Source of the DNA: Lama glama
Lineage: Eukaryota
Reading direction: 5' to 3'
DNA length: 64,000 bases
Assembly: GCA_028534125.1 (NCBI GenBank)
Contig: CM052817.1
Coordinates: 932,001-996,000 of the forward strand
This document shows positions 34,303 to 48,587 of the stretch, one piece after another. Positions within the stretch are counted from its first letter, which is position 1. Every line of letters begins with the position of its first letter. The notes under the pieces were generated by a model, which did no database searches, was not told the origin of the DNA, and saw nothing but the letters and a program-made list of their open reading frames with translations. A program made the translations under genes and the position numbers.

Positions 34303-37300
34303 TGCGGTGTATGGCTACTTATTATTTTTCATACTTGGGATTGTAGACAAGCTTGAATCTGGATCAGTAAAAACGCACTTAAATTTAAAAATTGAAGTAT
34401 AATCTACATGCAGAAGGGAGCACAGCCCAGCCGCTGCGGCTCAGGCAGGGCCCTTTGGAGAGGGTGGCTCTCCTAGTGGCGTTTTTTTGCAACCAGTGGC
34501 GGCAGAACTCCCCCCGGCTGCTGTCCACTAGGCGTTGAGGTGGGTGCGCCAGCGGCTTGGAGGCCTGACCCTGTAGCTGGGAACAGGTCAGTGTGTGCTT
34601 CGGATGTTAGGCTGTGAAGAAAACTGGGTTCTCTTGCAGCTGGGAACGTCCCTGTCTCCCTGGCGCCCTTGGTCCTCCCAGTCTTCTCTGTAGGTACTGG
34701 CGTCTGGAAGCAGATCATTTTGTGTTGTGGAGATTTCTGTTTTCACCTTTTCTGTGTTGTGGAAGGGAACCTTTATTGCTTTATTTTTAAATTCCAGAAT
34801 TTTGTAAAAATATTAGAGGTGATCTGGCTTTCTCATGTTCTGGGTTGTTTGATCGTGTAATCTGATTGTTCTCCTCTGCTTGTTACATCAGCTACAAAGA
34901 GAGACGTGTTAGCGTCTCCCGCCGTGATCGTGGACGCACCTTTCCCCCCGCTTGACGTTTTGTCAGTTTCTGCTTTACCTGCTTGGGGGCTCTGCTGACC
35001 CCCCGGGACTGAACCAGGAGACTCGGGCGTGGCGGGGCTCGTTCTCTGTCCTGTGGAGCTCTGGGACTTACCTTCTTGTGGTCTCGTCCCTGTGCTCTAC
35101 TCTGTCTAGTCTTGCTTCTGTAGACCCCTGGCCTCGGCCAGGTCCCCGCGGCTTGGCTTCTATTCCTTCCTGGAGCTTCAGCTCTGAGGTAGCCTTGTCT
35201 CTCTGTGGGGCCCGTTCTGCATGTGTGAATGGCTGTTGTCAACTGAAAAGCCCCACAGAATCTGGAGAGAGACTCTGGCCCAGTCTGGCCCAGAGGGTCA
35301 GAGCCACCTTGAGTCCAGTGGGCCACGATGCGGGGGAAGGGAACATAGCACAACGTTAGGGCCCTGGGCTGCTGGTGGAGGCCAGGTTCTCCTAGAAAGG
35401 AGCGTGGTGGGGCACCAGTGATGAGGGTTTCCTGCCAACCATGACTGATGGACATCAGAAATCAGCACAGGAAGGAAGCATTACTAATAAATGGTGCTGG
35501 GACAGTTGGTTACTTATGGTGGGGAAATAAAATGAGTAATTCACCTCTCAACTTGGGCCAAAATAAAATTCATGTGGATTAGAGAAAGCCTTAAAAATGT
35601 GAGAAGATTGGGTTTTGTATGTGTATTTTTGCTTTTGAAAATTGGGTTATGTTGTTGCCCAATTTCTGGGCAGGAAAGAACTTCAAAAATGTCAATGAAT
35701 TTTATAAAGTTGGGTTCAGACTGTCGCATTCTCTTCTGCTGTGTTCCAGCTGACATGTGAGGCTGTTTATTTAAAAAGCGATGTGAGTTTGTGTTACTTT
35801 ATCACACGTACTGTGACAGGTTCTCTTCGTTGCCCAAACGTTATGACATGTCTGCATTCGCTTTTGCGAAGACGGGAAGTTCTCTCAGGGCGTGAAAGTA
35901 GTGAGAGAAGCCACAGGTCTCTGGACATGGTTTTGAATCTTAGCTGTTTTCGAATCAGAGAAGTGACACACTCGCAAACAGATCGAGTTGCGTGAGAGGT
36001 TACCAGTGAGAAAGAGGCCCCTCCTCTCCCTGGAGGTAATTATTTTTGACTCTTTCAACGCTTTCTCCAGCTTCCCCTAGTATTTCCTGATGTATGCTTT
36101 AGATGCTTTCTGTTGACTTTCTGTTATGGAAAATGAAGACTGAGCTCTCCGAGCAGCTCCTGTTTCCTTCCCTCCCGTCTGGCCCGTGTGACTCACTCAC
36201 TGCCTTTGCTGCATCAGACGCGTGTTCGCGTAGTTCTGACTGGGGACGTCGCTCCGTGAGAGCTAAGCTGTGCTCTGTGCCTGCGTCTCTTTCCTGTTCA
36301 CCTCAGGTTAATTACTGCCTTTCTTCTGAAACTGTGTACCTTGCTATTCATACAGCTTGAAGTTTCTTCAAGACTTTGTTTCTCTGTCCTTTGAACTCGT
36401 GCTGTTACATAGTTCGTTTCTCCTGTTGGCGAGAAAAGGAAGACCTGTGCTTGATTCCCGCTTGCCTTCTCTGCTTCTGGGGCCTCCCTGTCCACCCCTT
36501 CTTCCTGGCTGCCTAGACCTCCTCTCAGCGTCGGAGGCCCTCCCCGCTCCTCCTACTTGGTCTGTGCTGCCGGCGCTCCCGACCTTCTGTGCGGCAGCGG
36601 TCGCAGCCGTTCTTTAAGGTGCTGTCCGGGTTGTGTGACGTTTTCTGTGGGTGCGCAGCGCTCTCTTCCTGCGCCAGGCTTCCTTTTTTGCTAGAGTGCA
36701 TTTCGTCACCCTAAGAAGGCGTGTGGGAGACGGACTTGAGTCCCTGGATTTGGAGGACGCTGCTTCTCTGTGCTCACATTTGATAAATGGTTTGGCTGGG
36801 TATCCGATTTTACGTTGAAAAGCACCCTTCTCAGAATTTTGACGATATGAATCCATTTCCTTCCAGCAGCCAGAGTTACTCCTGGAGCACCCTGCATTTT
36901 GTTTCTCGTTTCATCGACGTGGAAGCCGTCCTCTTCCCCTCCGCCAGCAGCTGGAATGTCACCAGTGTGCCCTGGTGGGGCAGTGGGATGAGGTGCTGGG
37001 GGGCTCAGTTCTGAGGCGTGTCCTCGTGTGCATTCTCTGACGAGCGTCTCTGCTTCCCCCTCGAGGAGGCTACTTACGGGAATCGTGCATTCTGGGCGGA
37101 CCCTGTGGCCCCTGTGGAAGTGGTGGTTGCTCCTTGTAATCTTCTTCTTCTTTCTGGGAGATTTCTTGGCTTTTCATCCTTGCTTTCTTACTGAGTTTTG
37201 TTTTCATGGTGTGTTTTAAACTTTCTGACAGCACTGCTTTTTCTTTGTTCTCTCTTCCTAGCAGACTAGAGCGCCGTCTGTGGGGTGCCATTCCTTCCAG

Positions 37301-38274
37301 CATCGTGTCTGTGGCCCTGCAGAGACGCGGCTCTGTGTTTCGGAATTGCTGCGTAGACGCCTTTCTGGGCCTCGCGGGTCCTGGGCGCCGGGTCCTCAGA
37401 GCTGCCTGCAGCCCGTGTTGGGGGGCTGTTAGCTTCTTTCAGAGGGTCTGGTTGGCCGTTGGCTGCTTAGCTGGGGGAGTCTCCTCAAGACTCAGTGGAC
37501 AGGTCTCTCCTCCGGGCGCCTTGCTTCTCTAGGAAGTGTCTTGACTCCTCATGGCCGGCGCTCTGGGTGAGGGAGCAGGGACTGGCAGTTCCCCACTGGG
37601 GCTCCCCTTCTCTCCCCTAGCTCTGGCCTGTGACCAGCTGTCTTTAACCTCACTCCATACCGGCCGTATCTGGCTCCCCCTTCTGTGGGTTTTGGGACCA
37701 AGTAGACACTTTCCTCACTCAGATTCCCCCCCCCAACCCTTGTCGGATGCGGCAGAGTGACAGCCGTGGACATCTGGGGGTTACTCTGTGGCCTCATGGC
37801 TGCCCTTGAAAGTCATCGGTGCTCTTCACCCTCTTCTGGGCACTGTGAGTGAGTGGCTGGCCCAGGCTGCCCAGCTGGTGGTGGGGGGCTGGGATCTGAA
37901 GCCAGACTGGCGACAGCAGCCTGCCCCTCACTGCTGGGCCCCTCTGTCCAGTGGCCCTCCTGCCGACGCCCTCTTGTCTTACTTGTTGGGCGCCTTCTCC
38001 AGTGGACCTTGGAAGGGGGGAGACGAGGGCTGCATCTGGCCAGCTTCCTCTCCCGGTCAGTTTTGAACCTTATCTAAGTCTTATGAGTGTGTCTCCCTTT
38101 TTGGCGTGGAGCGTGGTGGGGAGAAAGAGCAGGCTGTGTTCCGAGGCTAACAGATTCTGACAGCACCAAGTAAAACAGCCTGAGAGCAGCTCCCCACTTT
38201 GTGCCGTAAATATGAGTAGATTTGCCTAATCTCGCCCTAGATTCTGACTTTCAAGTTCTAATGTTTTATTTTGA

Positions 38275-38463
<189 letters not shown>

Positions 38464-38904
38464 TAAGTACGATTTTAGAGGTGCGCTTTTACTGTTGCTC
38501 ATCACGTGTCTTGTCTGAAGCGCTGTGACGCGTCTCCCGCCTGCCGCTGCCCCTCTGCCGAGGGCGCCGTGCCACGCAGCAGGACGGGCTTCTGTGGAGA
38601 CGCAGCTTATCCTTTTTATCCTTTGATGACTTGCAGAGATAATTTGTTTTATGATTTTGTTTTCCCTTGTACGTATACAAATGCGCATAATGTATACGTG
38701 TCTTAGTTAAATGTGATTGGCATTGATTTTTAAAGAAACAGGAGGGTTATATTGGGCTGGACTTCATCTAAAGCCTTCAAGTTAACTGATTTTTGTAGCT
38801 TTGGTTTCTAAACGTACCTGAAATTCTGAAAGGACCCTTCTTTAACGTGGGTTGACGTTTCTCTTTGTGTCATGACACTCAGAATGTCTTGTGTCTCTTT
38901 CCAG

Positions 38905-39390
38905 CTGCTGAAGCCCATCCCAGGGAAGCTGAGGGCCCAGTGGGAGAGGGGCCTCGCGCAGGCGGGAGCGGCCGCGGGCATGCCTGCCGAGGAGCGCAAG
39001 GCCAAGTTCACCTTCCTCTACGCCGGGGGCCAGCTGCGCCTCAACCCCCACGTGGCGAGGGAGGCGGGCCTTGCCACGGAGTGTGTGGGGCCAGCGCTGG
39101 AGGCCTCGGGAGTCGTGGACGACGACGACACTGCCGCCCCCGCGTCCACAGGGGACCAGGGTGTTCCCGTCAAGCGGAGGCGGGGGCCCCGGCAGTGCGG
39201 CCCTGCCGAGGGCCGGGCTAGCGACCCCGGGGCCGTGAGGAGCAGCCCGCAGAAGGCAGCGGAGGCCGGCCCCAGGAGAGGGCTGGGCTCGCCACCGGGG
39301 AGGAAGAAGGCGGCGGCCTCCACGCCCAGGGGCCGGAAGGGCGACGCGGCCTCGCAGTTCCTGGTCTTCTGCCAGAAGCACAGGGACGAG
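38905..39390 (+). CDS. NSD2: NSD2 coding exon 4 ([13 protein letters not shown]...[17 protein letters not shown]; start of HMG box)
   Basis: tttccag| acceptor, gag|gttggt donor; 486 nt, phase 0 to 0. Confidence 0.96.
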
Positions 39391-40059
39391 GTTGGTGTTG
39401 CGAGGGCTTGAGGGGCGGTGTTTCCACGGGTGGGGCTCCTGCGCTTGAGGAGTGTCAGTGCAGGGCTGCCTGGTTCCCAGCGGTGCCGCACAGCCCAGCG
39501 GGGAGCCTCGTAGACTGGAGGTGTGCTCGGCGTTGGGGAGCAGCTGCTTAAACCCCTGGGGGCAAAGCTGCCTGCCTGTGCCCTCTGGGTGACCGAAGTG
39601 TGCCTCCCAGCGCCGGGGAGAGGGTGGGGTGCAGGTCGGCGGGGTGGGCGTGGGCGGGCCGCTCTTTGCTTGAGGCTCGGCCTGGTCCTGAACACCGGGC
39701 CCGGGTAGCGCCTTCTCCGGGGGGGCGGTTCTGAAGCGGCCCGTAGACGGTACCCTCATTTACAAACCTAACGCGGCCACCAGCACCGAGTGTGTTGAGC
39801 ATTTATTTCTAAGATGTTTGAAGGACAATAATAAGAAAATTACTCAAATGACTAAAGCATTTGAATAATATTCTTAATCATTTTCATAGAATAAACGATC
39901 TCTTCAGACTCATAAAGGCTTGATTCCGGTGTAAGAGCTGAAGCGGTCAGGGCCCCGTTTTCGGTCTTGTTCGCTGTCACTTGGAGCGAGTGGGCTGGGG
40001 GACTTTTCTCAGGAGTGCAAGACATGTGTGACATCAGAAGATCTGACACTGCAGTTCGC

Positions 40060-41300
40060 TGTCGCAGGTTAAGTGATCATCTCAGTAGGCAGGGAGAAGG
40101 CATTTGATAAAAGTCGTTGCATTTTGGTACAAAGTGAGCAAGCTAGGATTAGAAGGGAGCTTCCTTAAGTCTGCTGAAGGATGTGTGTTGGAAACTTGAA
40201 GCAGCATCACACTTACTAATGCAGCGTAGAGGCTTCCTTTCTAGACTTGTGAGCAAGGCAGGTTGCCCTGTGTCACCACGCACACGTGTGGTAGGGAAGT
40301 GCCCACAGCGCCGTGCGAGGAGGGAACCGCAGAGGCCTGGCTGCAGCGGGGCAGGAGGCCCACGTGGGAACTGGAGGGTCCACACGAGATCCCCCCGGTT
40401 AGGAGGAGTCCGCGGCGCTGGTGGAGATCAGCAGTGACGTGGAGGGCGGGCGGTGTTACCAAGGCCCTGTCTGTCACAGCAGCGAAGCACGAGGCGCTGA
40501 GGAACAGGTGCAGCCGCAGAGAAGAATAGCTGCTCTGGCTGTCGCCCCATGTAGACGGGTGTGTTCATGTGGTCGGAAGGTCCGGTGTTCTGAGGTCCCC
40601 CTGCATTAAACTGTGAATCCAATATCATCTTAATAAGATCCTCGTAAAACTCCTCCGGGAGTTCTGGCCCTGGGCCCCAGTGGTGACTTCAGAACTCAGC
40701 CGCTGAGGAAGAAGAGCGTTGTCACTTTGGGGGAGGGGAGGGTTCCTTGAGCTAATAAGCAGGTCACAGAACACGTGGGGACTGTGTTAACACAAAAGGA
40801 CGAGCTGTGTGCTCAGCTCAGACAGAGCTGAAGGGAAGAGGGGGAAGTCTGTGAACATGACGGCTCTCAGAAGAGCCTGGTGGCCAGTGAGTCCACAGAG
40901 AGAGGCTGCTGAGCCCAGGAGAGCCCAGGAGTCGCCGTCCCGGCGAGGCGAGCGGCCAGCCCCAGTGCCTTTGGGGTCGGGGGTGAGCGACAGCGGGCGT
41001 CCTGCCTGGGCAGGCGGGGGGTCATCCCGTACACCTTGCTTCAAGAGAAAAATGCAATATCCAGTGAGATTGAAAGTTCACGTTTTTGTAACTTCACTCC
41101 TAGGTGTTCACCCTAGAGAAATTTCAGCCTTGCACCCAAAAAGACAACACAGTGTTCAACACTAAGAAGTTAGAGGAGTGACAGACTTGTATGTTCCCAC
41201 AGCGTAACTAGACGGCAGTCAGGGTGGACTTACTACATGTTCAGGAGGAGAGCAAGTCGCTGAAGGACGTGAGGTCCTATTGCTTAAAGTTTGAAAAGTG
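40060..41300 (+). mobile_element. Highly decayed LINE-1 (L1ME-like) ORF2 and 3' remnants
   Basis: gatcatctcagtaggcagggagaaggcatttgataaaa, gctaggattagaagggagcttcc, cttcactcctaggtgttcaccctagagaaat. Confidence 0.55.
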
Positions 41301-42749
41301 CAACATACCTACTATTGGCTTTACCTACCTGTCTACCTGTCCATGCAGAAAGGGTCCCTGTGTAGCTCCAGGTATGTACCTCCCCCCAGGAGCTGAACTG
41401 TCCGGGTACCGAGCAGGGTGCGGCCACCCTGTTGGGCCTGCTGTGCACAAGGGCACGAGGGGTCAGCGCGGAGCGTGCACTGCCTGTGTCTGAGCGGGAC
41501 GGCGGTCACGTGTGGGGAGGGGCACCTGCGCTCAGACTTTGGAAGTGGGGCAAGGCTGTGACAGCAGAGAACCACAGCCAGCCGCCCTCAGCCTCCTCCT
41601 CGTCTGTCTCCGTGGCCTTCCGCTTGTTTGAAACTATGAAGGAGAGTGGGTACCTGAGAAGTCACACCTTTTTCCAGGGCCACCCTTTTTGCTTCTGGGG
41701 ACCCAAATTGCTCCCCATCAGTCCTTCTAGCACTAAGAAACGTGCCCAGAGCAGACGGAAGCTTGTCGCCCCCAAGGTCGCCAACACTGTGGGCCGAGGG
41801 CGCCCTGGTGGGGGCCGTGCACCCAGAGCCCCTGGCTCGCAGCGTGGCCTCGCTCTGGCTCCGAGTCCCTGCCAGATCCCGTCCTGCACAGTTCTGCTGT
41901 GGGCGTTAGGCTGAATGCAAACTGGCCCGAAGGCTACGATGAGCCCAGCTCCACGTTAGAGACCAGCGCCCCTGCCCGCCCCAGTCTCTGTTGGGTGAGG
42001 CCCTCGAGCCCCTCGCTCTCATCTGGTTCGGTGCTGGTTGCGTTTGGTAGTTATGTGTTGTCCGAGAGTGTTGGCACCAGGACGCCCTCTGACCGTCATG
42101 GCCAGTGGGCTCCCGCTCCCCGTTCCTCCCTGAAGGATGAGCTCGGTCTTTCTAGATGGTTTCCCTCCGGGCTGGTGCACGCAGGGATGGTTTTCGTTTG
42201 GGTGTTAACTGGTGAATCAGTGGCCAGCCCTTGAGGGACGGAGTGGACGGAGCCTCCTTTTCTGGGGACACTCCATGGATAGAAGACCGGGACTCTCAAG
42301 GGCATTTGGTTTCCACTTGCTGACTCTTTCTCGAGGTCAGTTTCCAGCTTTTGTCTTGCAAGTGAAGAAGAGTATTATGCTTCGTGAAATGGTTGAGTTC
42401 TTCACTGATGTTCTTTGCTTGTTGGTCTTTGTCCAGCAGACTTACCTTAGACAGGCAGCTCACAGCTGTATTTTGTGATGCTCCTGGAAAACCACGAGAG
42501 GGGTGGGGGGCACACTGGGAGCCGGAGTCTGCCGGGGGTGGGGATGGTGGCAGTCCTGGCTTGCGTGCGAGGAAGTGAGAGCAGCTGGGGGTGGTCCACT
42601 CGGACAGTTTACTGAGGGCACCAGTGTTCATAGCAGTTTTATTGGATATTTTTCGCTTCAGTTTCCAATTTTTAAAGAATCTTTCCCACCTTCTGTGATC
42701 CTGACATTTGCAGCTCCATGAGAGTCGGACCAGTGTTTCACGACTCGCG

Positions 42750-43230
42750 TTTGCACTAGGTGTCTGCTGTTGCCTGACAGGTCACTGCACAGCTCAGTGG
42801 CTTAAAGCAACAGCCTGCATTGACCGCCTCAGTGACTGTGGGTCAGGAACGCTGGAGCAGCTTCGTTGGGTGGTTCTGCCTCAGGGCCTCACGAGGTCGC
42901 AGTGAAGGTGTCCCGTGGGGCTGCATCGTCTGAAGCTTGACTGGAGCCAGAGGGTCTTCCTCCAGGGGGCCTCTCCACGGGCTGCCCGGCCATCCTCACG
43001 GCATGGAGGCCCGCGTCCCCCGAAGCAAGTGGTCTGCGAGAGGGCAGGTTGAGGCCTTTTACACCCTCGACTTGGAAGACCTGGACTGTCCAGAGGCTGC
43101 ACCAGCCAGCGCTGTTCAGGAGGGAGGCGCGAGGACCAGGCGGCCGGGTTCCGCGGGGGCCGCCTGAGGGCGCTCTTCCCGGAAGCTCGCGGTGGGGGGG
43201 GGTGCCAAGCGATCTCTGAGGAGCACACGG
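42750..43230 (-). mobile_element. MaLR solo LTR (MLT1-like)
   Basis: ctcagtggcttaaagcaacagc...ctgtgggtcaggaa...gggtggttctgcctcagggcctcacgaggtcgcagtgaag...gggctgcatcgtctgaagcttgactgg. Confidence 0.7.
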
Positions 43231-44869
43231 AGTCTTAGATTGTGCTGGTGACGTTTGAGCCAGCTGTGTGGGCTTGTGGGTATTTGATTCTCCATATTTT
43301 TGTTTGTCTGAAGTGGTTGATGAAAAGAGAGGTAGCCACTGTTGAGTGCTTACCACACGGGAGAGACGTTGCCAGTATGTTACCGTGGAAAATCGCGTTC
43401 AGTTCTCACAGTAGCCTTTTGAGGCTGGCGTATCCCTGTCTCCCAGCTGGCTGCACCGAGCTCGAGGCTGACAGCCACAGAGGCGGCACAGGCAGGAGGT
43501 AGCGCTGGGCCCTGCCCCTTGGCCGGTGCCCTCACGCCGCGTGGCGGCGTTATGAGACCTGCAGACTTGAGCAAACGGTCGTTGCTTTATTAACCTGGGA
43601 TGGTGATGAAGCCACTTCCTCTGCCCCACGTGGGGGGCACGGTGTGGGTGAGGGGCGAAATCAGCTGCTGTTACAGATCTATCTCCTGTCCCACGGCAGA
43701 GCGCTCCTTGAACAAGGGCATGCAAGCAGCGTTGTAGCTGGAACCTAACAGGTGCCTGGAAGTCAGCCTGGCGGAGGAGAGTGTCTCAGGGAGCGTGCAG
43801 CCTGTGCAGGTGTCGGGAGGTGGAGCCCGCCGTGTCTGCAGCCTGCTCAAGTGTAGAGCTGCCCAGGGTGATGCGAGTGGGGAGAGAGTCTGTGCTGGCT
43901 AAAGGGGAGCAGCGGGGCATCTCACCCCAGGTGGGGATGGTCCATGGTTCCCTGGTCACACGAGGGAGACCTTTTGGTGGGAATGTCAGCAGGTGGACAG
44001 ACTAGAGAGCCGGGAGAGTGGGTGAACACAGATGAGCAGGAGTGGAGCTGGCCAGCCTGGCACGGGCCCAGCTGCAAGGGGAAGGGTGCCTCCGGGGCGT
44101 TTGGCAGTCCTGCTCGAGGAGGCAGCGTGGGCATGGTTACACTTTGTTCTGCAGGCTGGCTGCCTGAGGGCAGCAGGCCCACAAACATGCTGTGCTTGGG
44201 GGTCTCCGGTGGGAGTTCCGGGAGGCATGTGCTCTGTGTGTCTGGAGCTTTGCACAGAAGCCTTTGCTGCTAGGGTCTCAGACCCTCAATGCTGGAAGTG
44301 TAGGGGCCAGGGCAGGGCGGCAGGATAGCCTGTGGGGCTGAGCGTGGAGGGAGCCCTGGGTTGAGGGGAGAAAGCAGGTGTGCGTGGGGCTGGAGACACC
44401 CAGGCGGGCGCGGGTGGGAAAGAGCACGTTTTCATGTGGCAACTCTCAAGGGACATGGGTGAGGATGCCCCGTGGAGGGCCGGACGTGGAGCCGGACCAC
44501 GCACTGCAGAGTCGGTGGGATGCTGGCATCCAGCAGGGCCAAGGAGGACGTGGTGGAGGTGGGGCACTGGAGGCTGCACGAAGCTGTCCAGGTGACTGAG
44601 TTGTGAGTTGAGGCAGAGGCTACCTGTGTCGCAGGCAGGAGGCAGGTCTCGGTGGTCGTGGTGACCACTGACTCCTTCCCACCACCAGGCAAGTGTTGAC
44701 TGTCGCCATCACAGAGGGAGTGGACGCACCCCCACTGCCCCGAGTTCTCAAAGCTGCCAGGCGGACGAGCCACGTTCGAACCTGGGTCTGGCCCCCATGC
44801 CGGCAGCCAGCGCTCTGCCCGGTGGGCAGGCCTCTTCTGGAAGGGCCTGGGGCACTGGGGCCCCTGCTG

Positions 44870-45085
44870 TGGCAGCGTGAGTGAACGCCTGTGGCCGAGT
44901 TCCGAGAGACCTCTACTGTGGACACCAGTGCTGGAATTCCCTTTGATTTTTATGGGCTGTGAGATAGTTTTCCTTTGATTTTTTCAACATTTAAAAACAG
45001 GAGATCAGTTCTTAGTTCATCAGGTTGTGTGAACGCGGGAGGTGGGTCAGGTCTGTTTTGCTGCCGTGCCTTGTCGACCCACAGC
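44870..45085. mobile_element. MER58B-like hAT-Charlie DNA transposon fossil
   Basis: ctttgattttttcaacatttaaaaacagg...ttcttagttca...gtcgaccc end. Confidence 0.6.
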
Positions 45086-45887
45086 CCCGCTACCGGTGGT
45101 TCTCAATCGTGGGGCGCGCTGGAAGCCCCTGGGGAGCCTCAGAGCAGTGCTGCCGGGCCCGCCGGGCTAGAGTGGTCGCGACCCCAGGTCACTGCAGTGG
45201 GCAGCAGAGGCCCAGCCCTCAGCCCTGCGCACATGCACGTCCCCTTGGGGCCCTTGTGAGGGCGCGGCTCCTGGTTGTCGGCGAGCTCCTCGGGGGAGCG
45301 GCATGCTGCGTTTCTAGCGCGCTCCGGGCCTGGTGCTGGCAGCCCTGCTGTGCTGCAGGGCCAGGGCGCCCAGTGTCGCGGCCGCACAGGGCGGCTGTCT
45401 CCGGGCCGGGCCGGGCCGGGCCGGGCCAGCGGTCAGGGCGTGCTCGCTGGCACAGCGCCTTGCTGTCCTTCCGGAGCAGGTGACTGAAGGTGGGGTTGTT
45501 GCGAGGCCGACAAGGAGGCCAGCCGAGGCTTCGCCTCTGGGTCTAGAGGTGGCGCTCTCAGGGCCCGGTCCCGTGCGGGTCTCTCAGGGCACCTAGGAAG
45601 TGTCAGTGAAGGGACTTAGTGGTCGGGCGGGAAGTGTGTTTCCTCTTACACTTGTCGTTCCCTGCATTTACACAAGTGCGGTTGGATTGTTTTCACCAGC
45701 ACTGCTTCCAACCGTGAGTTTTCAAGGAGTTTTCACATCAGTTTATACTATTTTCCTGGAAGCTTTTATGGGGCGTAGTTTGACAGGTAGGAGAGAAAAT
45801 GCCACGGGCTGAGTTCTCAGGGCTGGGCACTGGGTCCTGTGAGTTGAGGTGTTCAGCTCCTAGAGGCCCTCCTGTGTCTTCCCGCAG

Positions 45888-46032
45888 GTTGTGGCTGAGC
45901 ACCCGGACGCACCCGCCGAGGAGATCGAGGAGCTGCTGGGGTCCCAGTGGGACCTGCTCACCGAGAAGCAGAAGGCGCGCTACCACACCAAGTTCGCCCT
46001 GCCGGCCCCTTCCCAGGCGGAAGAAGAGTCTG
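45888..46032 (+). CDS. NSD2: NSD2 coding exon 5 (HMG box: VVAEHPDA...[17 protein letters not shown])
   Basis: cccgcag| acceptor, ctg|gtaagc donor; 145 nt, phase 0 to 1. Confidence 0.97.
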
Positions 46033-48056
46033 GTAAGCGCAGCGCTGCACCGTGTCCCTGCCTGGGTGTGACGTGGGCGGTGGCTGCTTGGAGCCCCGCC
46101 CTTCCTAGCCCCGATCAGCAGCCAGAGTTGGGGGTCACAGGAAAGCCCTTCTGCCGGCCTTTCCTCATTCGTGGTTCCCCAGAGCCATGCCGGGCGATCC
46201 TCCCGTGTCCTGTGGACCCTCGCTTGTGCCTAGTGGGCGGGCACTCCAGCCTCTGCAGCCAGCGGGGGTGTGAGGGAGCAGGAGGAAGGTGGGACCCCAG
46301 GTGGCCTCCGGGGCTGTGGGCTCACGTGCTGGGCAGGGTCAGACCAGGCCTGTGTCTCGTGGCCAGGCTGCCCTCACTCACAGGGGCCTCGCCCCCGTGG
46401 GCAGCGGCTCTGCATCCGGGGCTGTTCCTGTAGGCTCAAGAGCTCACACGGAGGAGGGCACTGTGGACTGACCTTCGGCGTGGCTGTCCTCTGGTGCTCC
46501 TTTGCTTTGGGCCATGGCAAGAGGAGGGGCTCCACACTGAGCTTCAGGGAGACATGTCCCCACAGTCAGGGTGTCATCTGTGCATGCTCGGACACTGTGC
46601 TCCGGGAAATGGACACTTCATGTAAAAACAAGCGTGACGTATTTGGGTATCAGCTTAAAATACAGAAAAATTCTGCGTCTCTCAAGGTTGAAGAGTTCTG
46701 GAGAGGCCAAAAGTAAAGTGTTTCCAGACTCACCTAACAGGAGGCCGAGGCCCGGAAGTAACTGCGTTCGCTTTGTGTGCATGAGGCTGTGCTTCTGAGT
46801 CAGCGCCGTGTGTCCTGGCTCTTGTGGCCGCGCACCCGAGAGCCTGCCAGTCGTGTTCACGGATGTTTCCATTTTGACTTCAGGGCTTTCTAGATTTCCA
46901 CATTGACTGTCTAATTAACACTGAGTTTCATCTAACTGGTTCAGTTTATGTTGCAAATACTACGATTCAGAATGGGGGTGCGTCTAGGGTTTGTGATTTC
47001 TTTAAAAGGCGGAAGTTCACCAGACTCTTCATCAGTGTGCCAAGTGCCCCTTGTCAGTGACTGTTGACTTCAGAGTAGTCAGGTTTTCTTGAAGCCGGAT
47101 TCAGTTTGCCCCTGAAGAGTCACTATGACTTGACTGTGTCCCGTTGTGTCCTCTGGGCTGTCCTGAGTGCTCGGTAGACCGGGCACAGTGGTCCCTGCCC
47201 TGTGTGTGTCAGGTGTGTGCCGGTCGTGGGAGCACGGTGCTTAGGACGGGACGGCGGGCTGGCCCCGTGTTGGGGATTCAGACAGATGCCCATCTTGCTT
47301 CTTCCTGTGAGAAGCAAGCACTGCCTCGTGCTGGTGCAGGAGGAGGTCCTTACATAAGGACCACAACTTCGCCTCCGCCGGGGGGTGTCTGTCTGTCGTG
47401 CACGTGTGCTGTGGGGCAGGCTCACCAGGCCCCACTGGCCGCCGCGCTGCGGGCCTCTTCCTGGTGCTCCCTCGAGGCCAGCCTGGTGCAGTGGCCAGGG
47501 GCAGAGCTTGCTGAGGGCTGCACTTGGGCTGCTTATGCCAGACTGGGACTGGCAGCTGGTGAGGCTGGCACCCCAGCTATGACTCTTCTCCAAGACACCA
47601 GGCCTGGACCTGAGGCGGGGCCTGTGCTTGCGTCTGCCCTGGGCTGCTGGATGCCAGGGAGCTCAGTGGCCCTGGCTGGTGTGCTGCACCCCAGCCTGTG
47701 GTGCCCTCCCGCCAGGGGTGTGGTGAGCGTCCAGGAGGGAGCCAGGAGTCTCTGCAAAGCAGTCTTGCGGGGGGGGGGTCCTGGGTTGGTGTTAGATTGA
47801 CATCGGTGTGTGCAGATTCACCATATCTCTGGAATCTGCAGTCTTGCCTTAGGTCTTGCTGTTCGAGGGTAGGACTGTTTGGGTTGATATTCGTGGTACA
47901 TGGCACAGTTAATCAAACATGTGGAAAGCCCTTAGTTTGCAGATGCAAATGGGGTGTTACTCCTTAAGATGCTTCTTTAAGGAAATGCATAAAAAGTAGC
48001 AAGTTGTTTAAATTTTTGAAGTTAAACATAAATTCCACTAGCCTCTGCTCCTTTCC

Positions 48057-48249
48057 TTTTTTTTTAAATTGAAGTGCAGTCAGTTACAGTGTGTCAGTCT
48101 CTGGTGCGCAGCCCAGTGTCCCAGTCATGCTCGTACGCACACATACTTGTTTTCGTATTCTTTTTCATGAAAGGTTATTACAAGATATTGAATATAGTTC
48201 CCTGTGCTCTACAGAAGAAACTTATTTTTAAACATCTATTTTTGTATAT
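48057..48249 (-). mobile_element. Short LINE-1 3' end
   Basis: Poly-T then aattgaagtgcagtcagttaca...aatatagttccctgtgct, similar to the 3' end of the L1 at 16824. Possible 11-bp TSD taaattccact at 48029-48039 and 48250-48260. Confidence 0.75.
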
Positions 48250-48587
48250 TAAATTCCACTTACATTACTAAGTAAAGGATTTTGTCAGGAATACTGGGTT
48301 ATATTTAAATTTAATGCTAATTTATTGGACATTAAATGTAACAGATACCAGTATGATCATCTCTAGATCAGATAAAGATTTCCTACTGTTCGATGTCACA
48401 GGAAGCAGCCCCTGCAACTGGGAAGACGTGGAGACATTCGATCGGCGACACTTAGGCCCTGGAGCGGCAGGTGCTTCAGGAGGCCTGGCAGGGCCAGGCC
48501 TGCGCTGGCCGCCCGGGGTCGTGCCCGAGCTTTGCGGGGCGGCTTGTGGGGTGTTTCTCACATCAGTTTCCCCCGTCCCATTTCAAG

